Source: Desulfatiglandales bacterium
GTDB taxonomy: Bacteria > Desulfobacterota > DSM-4660 > Desulfatiglandales > HGW-15
Assembly: GCA_963667015.2 (NCBI GenBank)
Contig: CAXXJJ010000004.1
Coordinates: 320,001-384,000, forward strand
Length of the DNA: 64,000 bases
Reading direction: 5' to 3'
Shown here: positions 1 through 9,092 of the stretch, piece after piece
Position numbering within the stretch: the first letter of the stretch is position 1
How the letters are laid out: each line of letters begins with the position of its first letter
Notes under the pieces: generated by a model
Databases searched by the model: none
Seen by the model: only the letters and a program-made list of their open reading frames with translations
Told to the model about the DNA's origin: nothing
Made by a program: the position numbers and the translations under genes

Positions 1-1056
1 GGAATATGCCGGAAACATTCTGGACGCAAATATAAATCCGAACTCCTCCTCTGCATTGAGAGTTTCGGGCAGGGGGATGCCTGTTTTTGCAGATAATAAC
101 AGCACCGGAATCCCGTATATGGCACCTATCACAATACCAAGAATTCCATGCATGGCGCCCTCGAGCGTAAAGAGCCCTATAACCTTTGAGCGAACCATAC
201 CCAGTGCCATAAGGGTTCCGATCTCTTTTCGTCTTCGGAATATGGCAAGCACCTGTGTGTCAAATATGGCAAGCATGGAAAGAAACAGGAGAATTGTATA
301 AAGCACGGCTCCACCTATCCTCTTGGAGTTGATCATATCGTTAAAGTCTTTAAGAAGATAACCATGGTCTCTGAAAATCCATCCATCAGGATCTTCGGGT
401 CTTTTTGTATTATTTCCGATTGTAATTATCGTGGCTTCATCCTCAAGTCCGAACATCTGCTGTACCTTGTCCAGTGGAAGCCATAGTTGACCAGCATCCA
501 GTGAAGGGACAATCGTATCCATTATTTCAATAATCTCTCCATCCCCTGCGTCAAAGGTCCCGTTTTTATCCCTCCATCTTATTGTAATGGGATCTCCTAT
601 CCTGAAGCCATTCTTTTTTGCCATCAGTTTGCCTATCATCACAGGAAAGGCAGTATCATCATCAAGTTTTTTTGTCGGGATGTTCATGACCTCCTGCTCA
701 GGCGGTATCCCTTTAATCATCACTATCTGCATTCGACCTTCAGGGTAGATTGTTCCCTGCCTGATAAGAATGGGTACTGCCTGTTTATCATCAATCAACG
801 CCCTGAGTGTATCCGGGATTTTTCTGTGGATTGAGTCAAGGGCAAGGGGATCATATGGATCGTATTCACTTACCCAGTATTGCCCACCGGCTATTTCATC
901 TTTTATATATTCCCGTGAGGCCATCCTTTGAACACCGGAGAAGAGTCCCTGATGCCAGATTATAAGTACATATGTAAAAGAAAGCACAAATACATTAAGC
1001 CAGGTACGTAAGCCCGCACCAACGAGGTTTCGGTATGCCAATCTTAATGTTATCAT
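1..1056 (-). CDS. ABC transporter permease (FtsX/LolE-like), 3' end runs off the window
   Basis: Manual translation from ATG 1056 (RBS GAGG) gives MITLRLAYRNLVGAGLRTWLNV. The same frame has the FtsX motif IFRRRKEIGTLMALGM. Lies downstream of an ABC ATPase. Confidence 0.85.
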   Translation of the reverse strand, partial: MITLRLAYRNLVGAGLRTWLNVFVLSFTYVLIIWHQGLFSGVQRMASREYIKDEIAGGQYWVSEYDPYDPLALDSIHRKIPDTLRALIDDKQAVPILIRQGTIYPEGRMQIVMIKGIPPEQEVMNIPTKKLDDDTAFPVMIGKLMAKKNGFRIGDPITIRWRDKNGTFDAGDGEIIEIMDTIVPSLDAGQLWLPLDKVQQMFGLEDEATIITIGNNTKRPEDPDGWIFRDHGYLLKDFNDMINSKRIGGAVLYTILLFLSMLAIFDTQVLAIFRRRKEIGTLMALGMVRSKVIGLFTLEGAMHGILGIVIGAIYGIPVLLLSAKTGIPLPETLNAEEEFGFIFASRMFPAYS

Positions 1057-1069
1057 TTTTCTTACCTCT

Positions 1070-1768
1070 TTATTGTGAGACAATCCTGTCGTCAGCCACT
1101 TTGCCGTCTTCAAGGGTTATAATTCTGCGAAGGTACCTGATTACCTTTTCATCATGGGTGGCAAATATGAAGGACGTGTCCAGTTCCCTGTTAAGGTTTA
1201 CCATTGTTTTAAGTATATTATGGGAGTTTTTGGCATCCAGGTTGGCTGTTGGCTCGTCAGCAATTACAATCTTTGGTTTTTTCACCATAGCCCTTGCAAT
1301 GGCTACACGCTGACACTCTCCGCCGGAAAGCAGTGCAGGTTTTGAATCAACCTTGTCAAGCAGTCCTACCCATTCGAGCGCTGCCATAATTGCTTCTCTT
1401 CTTTCTTCTGCAGGCATCTTTAAAAGCAGTAAAGGAAATTCGACATTCTCATAAACCGTATAAACCGGAAGAAGGTTGTAGGTCTGAAAAATAAATCCAT
1501 AATGTTCATTCCTTAACCTTGCTGCCTCTTTTTGCCCAAGCTCACCCACAGACTGTCCCAGCACAATAGCCTCCCCCTCGGATGGGACATCAAGAGTTCC
1601 TATTATATTGAGAAGGGTAGTTTTGCCTGAACCGCTTGGGCCAACAAGGCCTGTGAACTCACCCTTGCCTATGGTGAGATTGATATCGTCAAGGGCTGTG
1701 AACCTGCCTTCTCCAACCGGAAAATGTTTTTTTAGGTTTCGGGTTTTAATGAGAATTTCATTTTCCAT
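1070..1768 (-). CDS. ABC transporter ATP-binding protein (LolD/MacB-like)
   Basis: Walker A GPSGSGKT, signature LSGGECQRVAIARA, ADEPTANLD, ATHD. Confidence 0.95.
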   Translation of the reverse strand: MENEILIKTRNLKKHFPVGEGRFTALDDINLTIGKGEFTGLVGPSGSGKTTLLNIIGTLDVPSEGEAIVLGQSVGELGQKEAARLRNEHYGFIFQTYNLLPVYTVYENVEFPLLLLKMPAEERREAIMAALEWVGLLDKVDSKPALLSGGECQRVAIARAMVKKPKIVIADEPTANLDAKNSHNILKTMVNLNRELDTSFIFATHDEKVIRYLRRIITLEDGKVADDRIVSQ

Positions 1769-1777
1769 TTTTAGCTC

Positions 1778-3058
1778 CTAATGATTATAAATCAGCATAA
1801 TCTGTAGCCCGCGTCCGCCCATGAAGGTTCTTTGAGTCTGGCCGTTAATATTAAAAGATGTTTCAGGATAATTAAACAGGCTGACATTCAATATGAAATT
1901 ATCATAGGTTCTCATCCAGCTGATGTGCTGGCTGAATTTATCATCTTCCCATGAGTAATACCCTATGGCTGAGATACTGTCCATGATGCCCAGAGAGTAA
2001 CTCATCTGAAACGCAGTTACGTGGTAGTCATTCTGCCATTTAATCATTTTTTCTGATACAGCGGTTGCCATGTGCTCTGCAAGAAAGTAGAGCCCGCTTC
2101 CAATTTCAAATGTGTAATCCGCTCCGATACTAATTCTCTTTGTCCACTTATAAGGAAGATAATCTGTTTTCTGTTCCTGGAACAGGCTTTCAAACCATAA
2201 TCCGATCCCCACATCCCATCTACCGTCCAGGGCATAACGATTTTCCCTGAATTCGGGGATATTAAAATCTGTACTGTCTACAATCCGCCTATGAAATGTG
2301 AATCCCATATCACCGGATAGAATAGGGGTCTGTATGCGTCCTCCTGTTTCTATATCGTTTGATGTCGACGGAAAAATCTCATAACCCTTGGGGTCATCAT
2401 TGCCATAAAGGCACCATACCCAGAAATTTGAGTTATCCTGGGCAACATACCGAAATCTGAGTGCATAAACTCCGTCAGTAAGTTGAAGGGGGTCCACCGG
2501 GTCAAGTCGATCAAACCATTTTAGTGGCCTTAAAATAACTCCCGGTCCGAAGTTAATTTTCTGTAGCCCCATGCGTGTCTCAGTTCTGCTTGTTGTATAG
2601 CGTATATCAGCCCTGTAAAGATCTATGTCACTATTATCAACATATGGGCCGGATCCGGTTGATGAAAAAATGTTAAGAGATATCTCTGAATCAATGGTTC
2701 TATCATTATCAAGCTGATGTGAGATATCAATGTCTGGAATATAACGAATACCCGCACTTTCTTCCCAGTTATCGTTTATTTCCGATTCAATCAACCAGCC
2801 TGAGAGCTGACCTTCGAGGTCATATCCAAGGCCGTGGGCAGTTGTGATGAAACATACAAGTAGAATAGAGAAAATAGAAAACAGGAAACAGACCGATACT
2901 GGATACCTGATGCCCCGAACGCTGCATCGGGATCTTCGACTGGATCCTGGATATTTTTTTAAAGAGAAGTATTTTCCGGTATCTAGAGACCAGTATCCAG
3001 TATCTGTTTTTTGTGTATCCAGTATCAGATTTTTTAAATGTATCCAGTGAATCGCCAT
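1778..3058 (-). CDS. Exported/outer-membrane hypothetical protein of the ABC operon; start uncertain, N-terminus overlaps a repeat element
   Basis: 426-aa ORF with a hydrophobic signal-like segment at about aa 55-76 and a beta-strand-rich body (GLQKINFG, WFDRLDPVDP, TDGVYALRFRY). Confidence 0.7.
   Translation of the reverse strand: MAIHWIHLKNLILDTQKTDTGYWSLDTGKYFSLKKYPGSSRRSRCSVRGIRYPVSVCFLFSIFSILLVCFITTAHGLGYDLEGQLSGWLIESEINDNWEESAGIRYIPDIDISHQLDNDRTIDSEISLNIFSSTGSGPYVDNSDIDLYRADIRYTTSRTETRMGLQKINFGPGVILRPLKWFDRLDPVDPLQLTDGVYALRFRYVAQDNSNFWVWCLYGNDDPKGYEIFPSTSNDIETGGRIQTPILSGDMGFTFHRRIVDSTDFNIPEFRENRYALDGRWDVGIGLWFESLFQEQKTDYLPYKWTKRISIGADYTFEIGSGLYFLAEHMATAVSEKMIKWQNDYHVTAFQMSYSLGIMDSISAIGYYSWEDDKFSQHISWMRTYDNFILNVSLFNYPETSFNINGQTQRTFMGGRGLQIMLIYNH
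2894..3047. repeat. Inverted array of degenerate 7-mers (GATACTG / CAGTATC) with an inner hairpin
   Basis: GATACTGGATACCTGATGC...CTGGATCCTGGATA faces CCAGTATCCAGTATC, GTATCCAGTATC, GTATCCAG; inner CCCGA..TCGGG stem. Confidence 0.75.
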
Positions 3059-3069
3059 GCTGTAGTCAG

Positions 3070-4320
3070 TTATTCAATTATTGTCTTATATAATTCTTCT
3101 TTAAAATCTTCTTTTTGCATTTGATTACCAATTTTTTCACTTTTCTCTTTAAAACTTTTATTGTTAAGTAATTCTAAAATTTTCGGTTCGAGATTTTTAT
3201 TGTTTATTTGATTTATTTTAATACCTTTTGGTCCGACTCCCATTTCCGAAATCATTTTATCCCAGACAAACTGATCAACAATATGCGGTATTATCATTGA
3301 TGCGCAGCCGTATTTAATTGCTAGTTGTGTTGTTCCTGAACCACCGTGATGAATAACTGCATACACTTTGGGGAAAATCCAATCATAAGGAATTTGCGAT
3401 ACAAAATAGATCAGGTCTGAATTGAATTCATGGGGTTTAACTAAACCGCCGGATGCAGTATTTATGACAGCCGGTATTTTATTCCGCTCAAGAATTTCAA
3501 TAATTATTTTAGTTTTCAGTTCGGGCTCAGGATTAAGCATTGAGCCAAAGGTGATAAAAAATATTTTTTCATGTTGTTCAATGAAGTCGGTCAGTTTTTT
3601 TTCGGGTTTCCAATCTGTCTTTCTCTTTAATTCCTGATGTCCTAAAATTTTAATATTGTTATTCCAGTAATCTGGTCGCTGCAGTAAATCTGGCGAAATT
3701 GCGTAAATAAATTTTCTGTTGTGAATTACGTTTATTAGCTGCTTTATGGTGATTTTATCCCTGATTCGCAGCATTTTTTTAAACATAAGAGTTGCTGCTA
3801 AAGCCCCAAAATCATAAAGTTTAAATGAAAGTTTATTTAAAACATCACTATAATCTCTGCCTGAAATAAATGCATGTCCTTTTATGTAATGAAAATATGG
3901 GAAAGGACTTATTAATATTGTTTTTCCTTTGTTTTTACATCCCCATATTACCGGGTAATAACTTTTTATATGATGGACTATTCTATCCGGTTTTTCCTGG
4001 TTAGTAAGTTCGTATAATTTAAGGTCTTTTTCTTTAAAAGCGCCTTTTTCATTACCTGCAAGTTTGAAAAGTTTAATCAAAGCAATGATTTTTTTAATTA
4101 CGGTCCCCCCCATAACTGTTCCGGCTACATCGCACTCAAATAAATCATCACCTTTTTTGCCAAGAGAAGCGAATTCCAGGTCACAGCTTTCGGTCAGCTC
4201 TCTATATCGTTCTGAAAATGCGCAAATAACCTGATGACCTTTTTCTTTTAGAAATTTTCCAATAGCTAAAAAAGGTTCAATATCTCCCCGTGTTCCTATT
4301 GATGTTAAAATTATTTTCAT
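3070..4320 (-). CDS. GT1/GT28-N glycosyltransferase (sterol/UDP-glucosyltransferase-like)
   Basis: GTRGDIEPF, FITFGSM, IHHGGSGTT and PHIVDQFVW motifs; visibly AT-rich. Confidence 0.9.
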   Translation of the reverse strand: MKIILTSIGTRGDIEPFLAIGKFLKEKGHQVICAFSERYRELTESCDLEFASLGKKGDDLFECDVAGTVMGGTVIKKIIALIKLFKLAGNEKGAFKEKDLKLYELTNQEKPDRIVHHIKSYYPVIWGCKNKGKTILISPFPYFHYIKGHAFISGRDYSDVLNKLSFKLYDFGALAATLMFKKMLRIRDKITIKQLINVIHNRKFIYAISPDLLQRPDYWNNNIKILGHQELKRKTDWKPEKKLTDFIEQHEKIFFITFGSMLNPEPELKTKIIIEILERNKIPAVINTASGGLVKPHEFNSDLIYFVSQIPYDWIFPKVYAVIHHGGSGTTQLAIKYGCASMIIPHIVDQFVWDKMISEMGVGPKGIKINQINNKNLEPKILELLNNKSFKEKSEKIGNQMQKEDFKEELYKTIIE

Positions 4321-4398
4321 CAGCTATTCTCCTGATTAGTTACAGGATATTAAATAAAATTGATGCGCCATTATATTAAGCGAGTGTCGAGATGAGCC

Positions 4399-4434
4399 TG
4401 TATCCAGAATCCAGTAGCCAGTAACCATTATCTG
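4399..4434. repeat. Degenerate 7-mer array (CCAGTAN), same family as 2894-3047
   Basis: TGTATCCAGAATCCAGTAGCCAGTAACCATTATC. Confidence 0.65.
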
Positions 4435-4440
4435 TTCTTC

Positions 4441-4737
4441 TCATCCTTTCAACCCCTTAATTAATTCTTCCATTTCTTCGAGGTAGTCGTTTAGAGCCTT
4501 TATGCCTTTTACTGTAATAGAAACTGCAGTATGTGGTTTGTTATCCCTGAAACTCTTGCTGATATTTATGTATTCCGCTTCATTCAGTTTCTTTAGCTGA
4601 ATTGATAAATTCCCAGGAGTAAAATCCAGCTTATCCTTAATATCATTAAAACTTACTTCTATATCCTTGTTACTGGCGAGATGCGTAAGGATTAAAAGCC
4701 TGGAACGCTCGTGAATTATTTTATTAAGTTCCGGCAC
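4441..4737 (-). CDS. Winged-helix transcriptional regulator (ArsR/MarR-like, HTH_34 type)
   Basis: IIHERSRLLILTHL...TPGNLSIQLKKLNEAEYI...ITVKG pattern; GTG start. Confidence 0.85.
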   Translation of the reverse strand: MPELNKIIHERSRLLILTHLASNKDIEVSFNDIKDKLDFTPGNLSIQLKKLNEAEYINISKSFRDNKPHTAVSITVKGIKALNDYLEEMEELIKGLKG

Positions 4738-4742
4738 CTTCT

Positions 4743-5414
4743 TTATTCTACCTTTCCTGATTTTTGATCAATATACCCTAAGATTCCAGAAATGGTAAAA
4801 CCTATCCCGAAGGATAAAAAAACAGCAACAGTTACCGGTATTGTATTGAATATCAGAAGTAGAATTCCAGTAATAAAAAACCAGTACCCCGTGACGAGGG
4901 CGTATTTGGTATGGAGCATTGATGCTGCCATACCTAAAAGGCCTAACCATATAGCAATAGAGGGGATAATAAAATAGGGAATCCCTTTGTAAATGTAGAA
5001 CATAATCAGAAATAAGATAAGAAATATACTAGATAAATAGATGTGTATAAATCGATCAGAAAAGAGCTCCTTATAAAACCAGCTGAGAGTGAGGCTTGAG
5101 TCAATCTTTTTTACAGAACTCCGGTAGAGCCCCTGTTTCATTATTGAAAGGATAAGGTTTACGATACCCATAGCGGTATATACTATCCATTTGAGATTCA
5201 GCGGAATAGCGCTATGAGATCCGTAATTATTAATAAGAAAATAGAGTAGAAGAGAAAAAAAGGAAATCCCTATCCCGAAAAGAAGCATAAGAAGTCTGAA
5301 ATGCACAGGGTTGGCTACCTGCTGAATTATAGACTTATTTCTATTGATTACCTCTTTAACAGAGGCAATATCTTCAAGAAGTTTTTCCACCTGTTCATTA
5401 TCTATAGTTTTCAT
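4743..5414 (-). CDS. Multi-pass membrane protein, partner of the wHTH regulator
   Basis: About 6 hydrophobic segments; N-terminal LEDIASVKEVI; RBS AGGAG. Confidence 0.75.
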   Translation of the reverse strand: MKTIDNEQVEKLLEDIASVKEVINRNKSIIQQVANPVHFRLLMLLFGIGISFFSLLLYFLINNYGSHSAIPLNLKWIVYTAMGIVNLILSIMKQGLYRSSVKKIDSSLTLSWFYKELFSDRFIHIYLSSIFLILFLIMFYIYKGIPYFIIPSIAIWLGLLGMAASMLHTKYALVTGYWFFITGILLLIFNTIPVTVAVFLSFGIGFTISGILGYIDQKSGKVE

Positions 5415-5432
5415 TTTTATTTTTCTCCTGCG

Positions 5433-5473
5433 TATAAACTAGTTTATAATATAAAGTAGTTTATTATGAAAGT
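5433..5473. promoter_or_regulatory. Candidate operator palindromes upstream of the regulator operon
   Basis: Perfect palindrome TATAAACTAGTTTATA (5433-5448) overlapping AGTTT..AAAGT repeats. Confidence 0.4.
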
Positions 5474-5489
5474 CAACATTATTATTTAT

Positions 5490-5728
5490 CTGGTTCCCAT
5501 GGTCCCCGTGGGAACTTTTTCTTTTTACGCTCTGCGTAAATAATTGAAGAATTGATACACCGCATGCTGATAAAAATGAGTTGCAAAAGAAACTGTCAAT
5601 TCTCAGAAAACAGTTATCAATCGACAGAGTAATAGGTCGTTTGACGAAAGGATTTGTTATTGAAAGATGGAGAATACTGTTTCTCAGAGCATCAAAAAAA
5701 ATGTTCCCAGGGAGACCCTGGGAACGAG
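5490..5728. repeat. REPIN-like inverted pair of bipartite REP-A elements
   Basis: Left arm GTTCCCATGGTCCCCGTGGGAAC..TACGCTCTGCGTA (5490-5539); right arm CTCAGAGCATC..GTTCCCAGGGAGACCCTGGGAACGAG (5683-5728). Confidence 0.75.
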
Positions 5729-5730
5729 AG

Positions 5731-5800
5731 ATTGATTTAAAAAATCCCTCCCCTGGAAGGGAGGCTCCGGGGGAGGGGAGGAGGAGTTTTTAAAATCAAT
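5731..5800 (-). terminator. GC-rich hairpin / intrinsic terminator downstream of the ABC efflux operon
   Basis: CCCTCCCCTGGA-loop-TCCGGGGGAGGG stem flanked by A/T tracts and an outer IR ATTGATTTAAAAA/TTTTTAAAATCAAT. Confidence 0.6.
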
Positions 5801-5845
5801 TACAGGTTTGATACTCCACCTCAATGAGATTTAGGTAAAATTATA

Positions 5846-6580
5846 TTACCTTCTGGTGTCCTGTGTAATCCGGCCGTCCATTATCTCTACCTGTCGAGGT
5901 GCCCTTTTCGCAAGGGCAGGGTCGTGTGTAATAACCAGGATGGTACGTCCCTGTTCATACAGCTCTTCAAAAAGGCTCATGATATCGCTACCTGAGCTTG
6001 TATCCAGATTTCCGGTTGGTTCATCTGCAAGGATTATATCAGGGTCCATGGCAAGTGCACGGGCAATAGCCACACGCTGCATTTGACCGCCTGATAATTC
6101 TGTAGGTTTATGATCAACACGTTCGGAAAGACCGACACGGTCCATCAAATCAAGTACTTTCTCTTTTCGTTTCTTTCGGGGCACACCTCCAAAGAGAAGA
6201 GGCATCTCAACATTTTCATAGGCAGATATCTGAGGGAGAAGGTTGAAACTCTGGAATATAAATCCGACTCTCCTGTTGCGGATACCTGAAAGCTCTTCCC
6301 TGGTAAGGCATGACACCTCTTCACCCCGCAAATGATAACTCCCTGATGTCGCAGTATCCAGGCATCCGATAAGGTTCATCAATGTACTTTTTCCTGATCC
6401 TGACGGCCCTGTAATAGCAACCATCTCTCCTTTATGGACCTCAAGGTCAACACCCTTGAGCGCCTCGACCTTAACCTTGCCGGTATCATAAACCTTTGAA
6501 AGTCCCTTTAGGCTGATTACCTCACCGTTTTCTATTGCATGATTATTCTTTTTTGAATTGAAGAAATTGCCTAATAACAT
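5846..6580 (-). CDS. ABC transporter ATP-binding protein (MacB/LolD-like)
   Basis: GPSGSGKST, LSGGQMQRVAIARA, ADEPTGNLD. Likely start is ATG 6580 (RBS GAGG) rather than 6766. Confidence 0.93.
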   Translation of the reverse strand: MLLGNFFNSKKNNHAIENGEVISLKGLSKVYDTGKVKVEALKGVDLEVHKGEMVAITGPSGSGKSTLMNLIGCLDTATSGSYHLRGEEVSCLTREELSGIRNRRVGFIFQSFNLLPQISAYENVEMPLLFGGVPRKKRKEKVLDLMDRVGLSERVDHKPTELSGGQMQRVAIARALAMDPDIILADEPTGNLDTSSGSDIMSLFEELYEQGRTILVITHDPALAKRAPRQVEIMDGRITQDTRR

Positions 6581-6587
6581 AAATACC

Positions 6588-7847
6588 TCACTCGTAGCGG
6601 AGAGTTTCCGCAGGATTAATAGATGCTGCGCGTCGTGCAGGAAAGTAGCCGGCAATAAGACCAATAATGCCCAGAATGGCAGCAGATACAACACCGATTG
6701 ATATAGACAGTGTCGGTTTTCCAAGCATTTCAAGAGCCTCATTTCCTTCGGTGGGAAGCTGTGCAATGAGAATTATCGCCATCATAGCCATTATAAGACC
6801 GACTGCCCCTCCAAGCAGGGTGTACATCATGCCTTCCAGAACAATAGGCCCGGTTACCCATCCTCTGCGGGCACCAAGGGCCATCTTGACTCCAATTTCC
6901 CTTGTACGTTCCTTGACTACCGCGTACATAATATTGGCTACGCCCACTCCGCCGATTATAAGTGTCAAAGCTCCAATGATCCCCAGAAAAGCCTGGATAC
7001 CGATAAGTATTTTCCTGGTAACATCACTGGTTTCTACCATGTCAAATATGCTGAATACACGCTCGTCTTTGGGATCAAATCCGTATTTTGCCCCGAGTAT
7101 CTTGTGCAGTTCATCAAGTACAGCTTTCATGCGGTCAGGGTGATCCGGTTTAACCACTATAATATCCAGTTTATCCGCTCCGAACTGGGCCTTGAATGTT
7201 GTTATGGGGATTGAAATCTGGTCCTTGTCCATTCCATTGTAGTTACTCATTGTTACCTTGGGCTTCATAACACCTATCACTGTATATGGAACCTTATCCA
7301 GGTATATTCCTTTACCCACAGGGTTTTCTTTTCCGAAAATCTTTTCGGCCAGTTCATTTCCCACAAAGGCCACCCTGCGCCTCTGTTTTTCATCCATCGG
7401 GTTAAGGAACCTTCCCCCGGATTGCGGAATATGATTTCGAATTTCACCAAAGCCATAAGTGACACCTTTCACCCTGGATGTGGTGGAAGTATTGCCATAG
7501 TTCACAACAACACGGCCTTTATGTATTTCCCCTGCTACTTCTTCAAGATCGGGAATCCTCTCTCTTAAAAGGTCAATATCCTCTATTGCGGCCCTTATCG
7601 GACGGCCTGTTGGAAGCCCTTTCCATATAAGGCTTGTTGTGCCTGGCCATATAACAGCAAGATCACTGCCAATACCGTTCATTCCCCTTGCCACTGATAT
7701 TTTGAGTCCTTCGCCAAAGGCAAGAAGCAGGAGCAGTGAGAGAGAACCCCAGGCGATTGAGGCTACTGTGAGTATGGCTCTCTTTTTCTGTACATGGCTG
7801 GCTTTAAGAAAAAGCTGGAATATAAGGCCTGGTCTTGGTTTCTTCAT
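6588..7847 (-). CDS. ABC transporter permease (MacB-like periplasmic core + FtsX)
   Basis: IGGVGVANIM..VKERTREIGVKMALGA; PARRAASINPAETLRYE. Confidence 0.93.
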   Translation of the reverse strand: MKKPRPGLIFQLFLKASHVQKKRAILTVASIAWGSLSLLLLLAFGEGLKISVARGMNGIGSDLAVIWPGTTSLIWKGLPTGRPIRAAIEDIDLLRERIPDLEEVAGEIHKGRVVVNYGNTSTTSRVKGVTYGFGEIRNHIPQSGGRFLNPMDEKQRRRVAFVGNELAEKIFGKENPVGKGIYLDKVPYTVIGVMKPKVTMSNYNGMDKDQISIPITTFKAQFGADKLDIIVVKPDHPDRMKAVLDELHKILGAKYGFDPKDERVFSIFDMVETSDVTRKILIGIQAFLGIIGALTLIIGGVGVANIMYAVVKERTREIGVKMALGARRGWVTGPIVLEGMMYTLLGGAVGLIMAMMAIILIAQLPTEGNEALEMLGKPTLSISIGVVSAAILGIIGLIAGYFPARRAASINPAETLRYE

Positions 7848-7857
7848 TGTTATAACC

Positions 7858-9081
7858 TCACATCTTCATTGCAACTACCGGGTCCAGATTGGACGCGGTG
7901 CGGGCCGGAAAGTATCCTGAAATAAAACCTATCAAACCCAGCAGGGTCGCTGTTACCAGGGCTGAACCATGGGATACATTAGGCTCGCCTACATATTCAG
8001 TCAGATTCAGGGCCGGAAAAACAGCACAGATCCCCAGGGTAATCAACAAACCTATTGCACCTCCTGTAATGGTAATTGTCAGGGTTTCAATTAAAAACTG
8101 ACCGAGGATAAGACGGGGTTTAGCGCCCAGGGCCATTTTAATTCCTATTTCACGGGTTCGCTCTTCCACAACTACATTCATGATATTTGAAATTCCTATG
8201 CCTCCTACAATCATTGTCAGGCACCCCACCAGCCCCAGGAAAATCTTAAATGCCAGCATAAAGGTATTAATAAACTTGGCATTTTCCGATACATCCCAGA
8301 GACTGATAGCCTCTTCATCCGAAGGATCAAAACGATGTCTTTCAGCCATGATCTGCCTTACATCTTTTATCAATTCCCCGATCATATCGACATCAGCAGC
8401 CGTAAAAACGAAATTACTGATAAATTTCTGTCCGGTCATCATCCTGAAGGTACTGGCCGGTATAAATACCCTGCCGTCATCAGGCCCGCCATAGCTTGAG
8501 TTCTGAACCTTTTTTTTCATTACTCCTATAATAAGGAAGGGTGAACCCTGGAGTTGAATTGTCTGACCTACAGGAGGTGTCTTACCAAAAACCTGTTCGG
8601 CAAGTTCATTACCGATAAAGGCAACCCTTCTTTTTAATTCCAGGTCTATGGGATTGATGAAACGTCCTCCCGCATCCGGAATTATATTCCGAATTTTATG
8701 GAAATCGGTCTCAACTCCTGACACCGGCACAGAAAGGACCTTTGCATCACGCTGAAGTTTGAAATTCTGGGAATATTCAGCGGAAAGAAATTCAAGTCCA
8801 AAGGCCTTTTTTCTTATCAGGCGGATGTCACTTTCATCCATTTTTATATATCGGCCCTTAGGCAATCCTTCAAAGGACATGGAAGTACGCGTAGGCCATC
8901 CAATAACTACGTTATTGCCTATACCTGCCATATCTTTTGCCATCTGCCTGTGGAGTCCGTCGCCAAATGAAAGCAGCAGACTTACTGCTGCGGTTCCCCA
9001 GATCATACCGAAGAGCGTAAGCAGTGTTCGTAATTTCTGACCGCGGGCATCTCTAATAAGCTGGCGTATGATATTCAACAT
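7858..9081 (-). CDS. ABC transporter permease (MacB-like periplasmic core + FtsX)
   Basis: VGGIGISNIM..VEERTREIGIKMALGA; PARTASNLDPV. Confidence 0.93.
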   Translation of the reverse strand: MLNIIRQLIRDARGQKLRTLLTLFGMIWGTAAVSLLLSFGDGLHRQMAKDMAGIGNNVVIGWPTRTSMSFEGLPKGRYIKMDESDIRLIRKKAFGLEFLSAEYSQNFKLQRDAKVLSVPVSGVETDFHKIRNIIPDAGGRFINPIDLELKRRVAFIGNELAEQVFGKTPPVGQTIQLQGSPFLIIGVMKKKVQNSSYGGPDDGRVFIPASTFRMMTGQKFISNFVFTAADVDMIGELIKDVRQIMAERHRFDPSDEEAISLWDVSENAKFINTFMLAFKIFLGLVGCLTMIVGGIGISNIMNVVVEERTREIGIKMALGAKPRLILGQFLIETLTITITGGAIGLLITLGICAVFPALNLTEYVGEPNVSHGSALVTATLLGLIGFISGYFPARTASNLDPVVAMKM

Positions 9082-9092
9082 TTCAAAGTATC

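Noticed and set aside
5581..5793. 70-aa ORF and similar short ORFs (10383-10595, 11900-12112, 22488-22727)
   Set aside because: They are translations through REP/repeat DNA without a recognisable domain.
6581..6766. N-terminal extension of the ABC ATPase in the ORF track
   Set aside because: It overlaps the permease gene; ATG 6580 has its own RBS.
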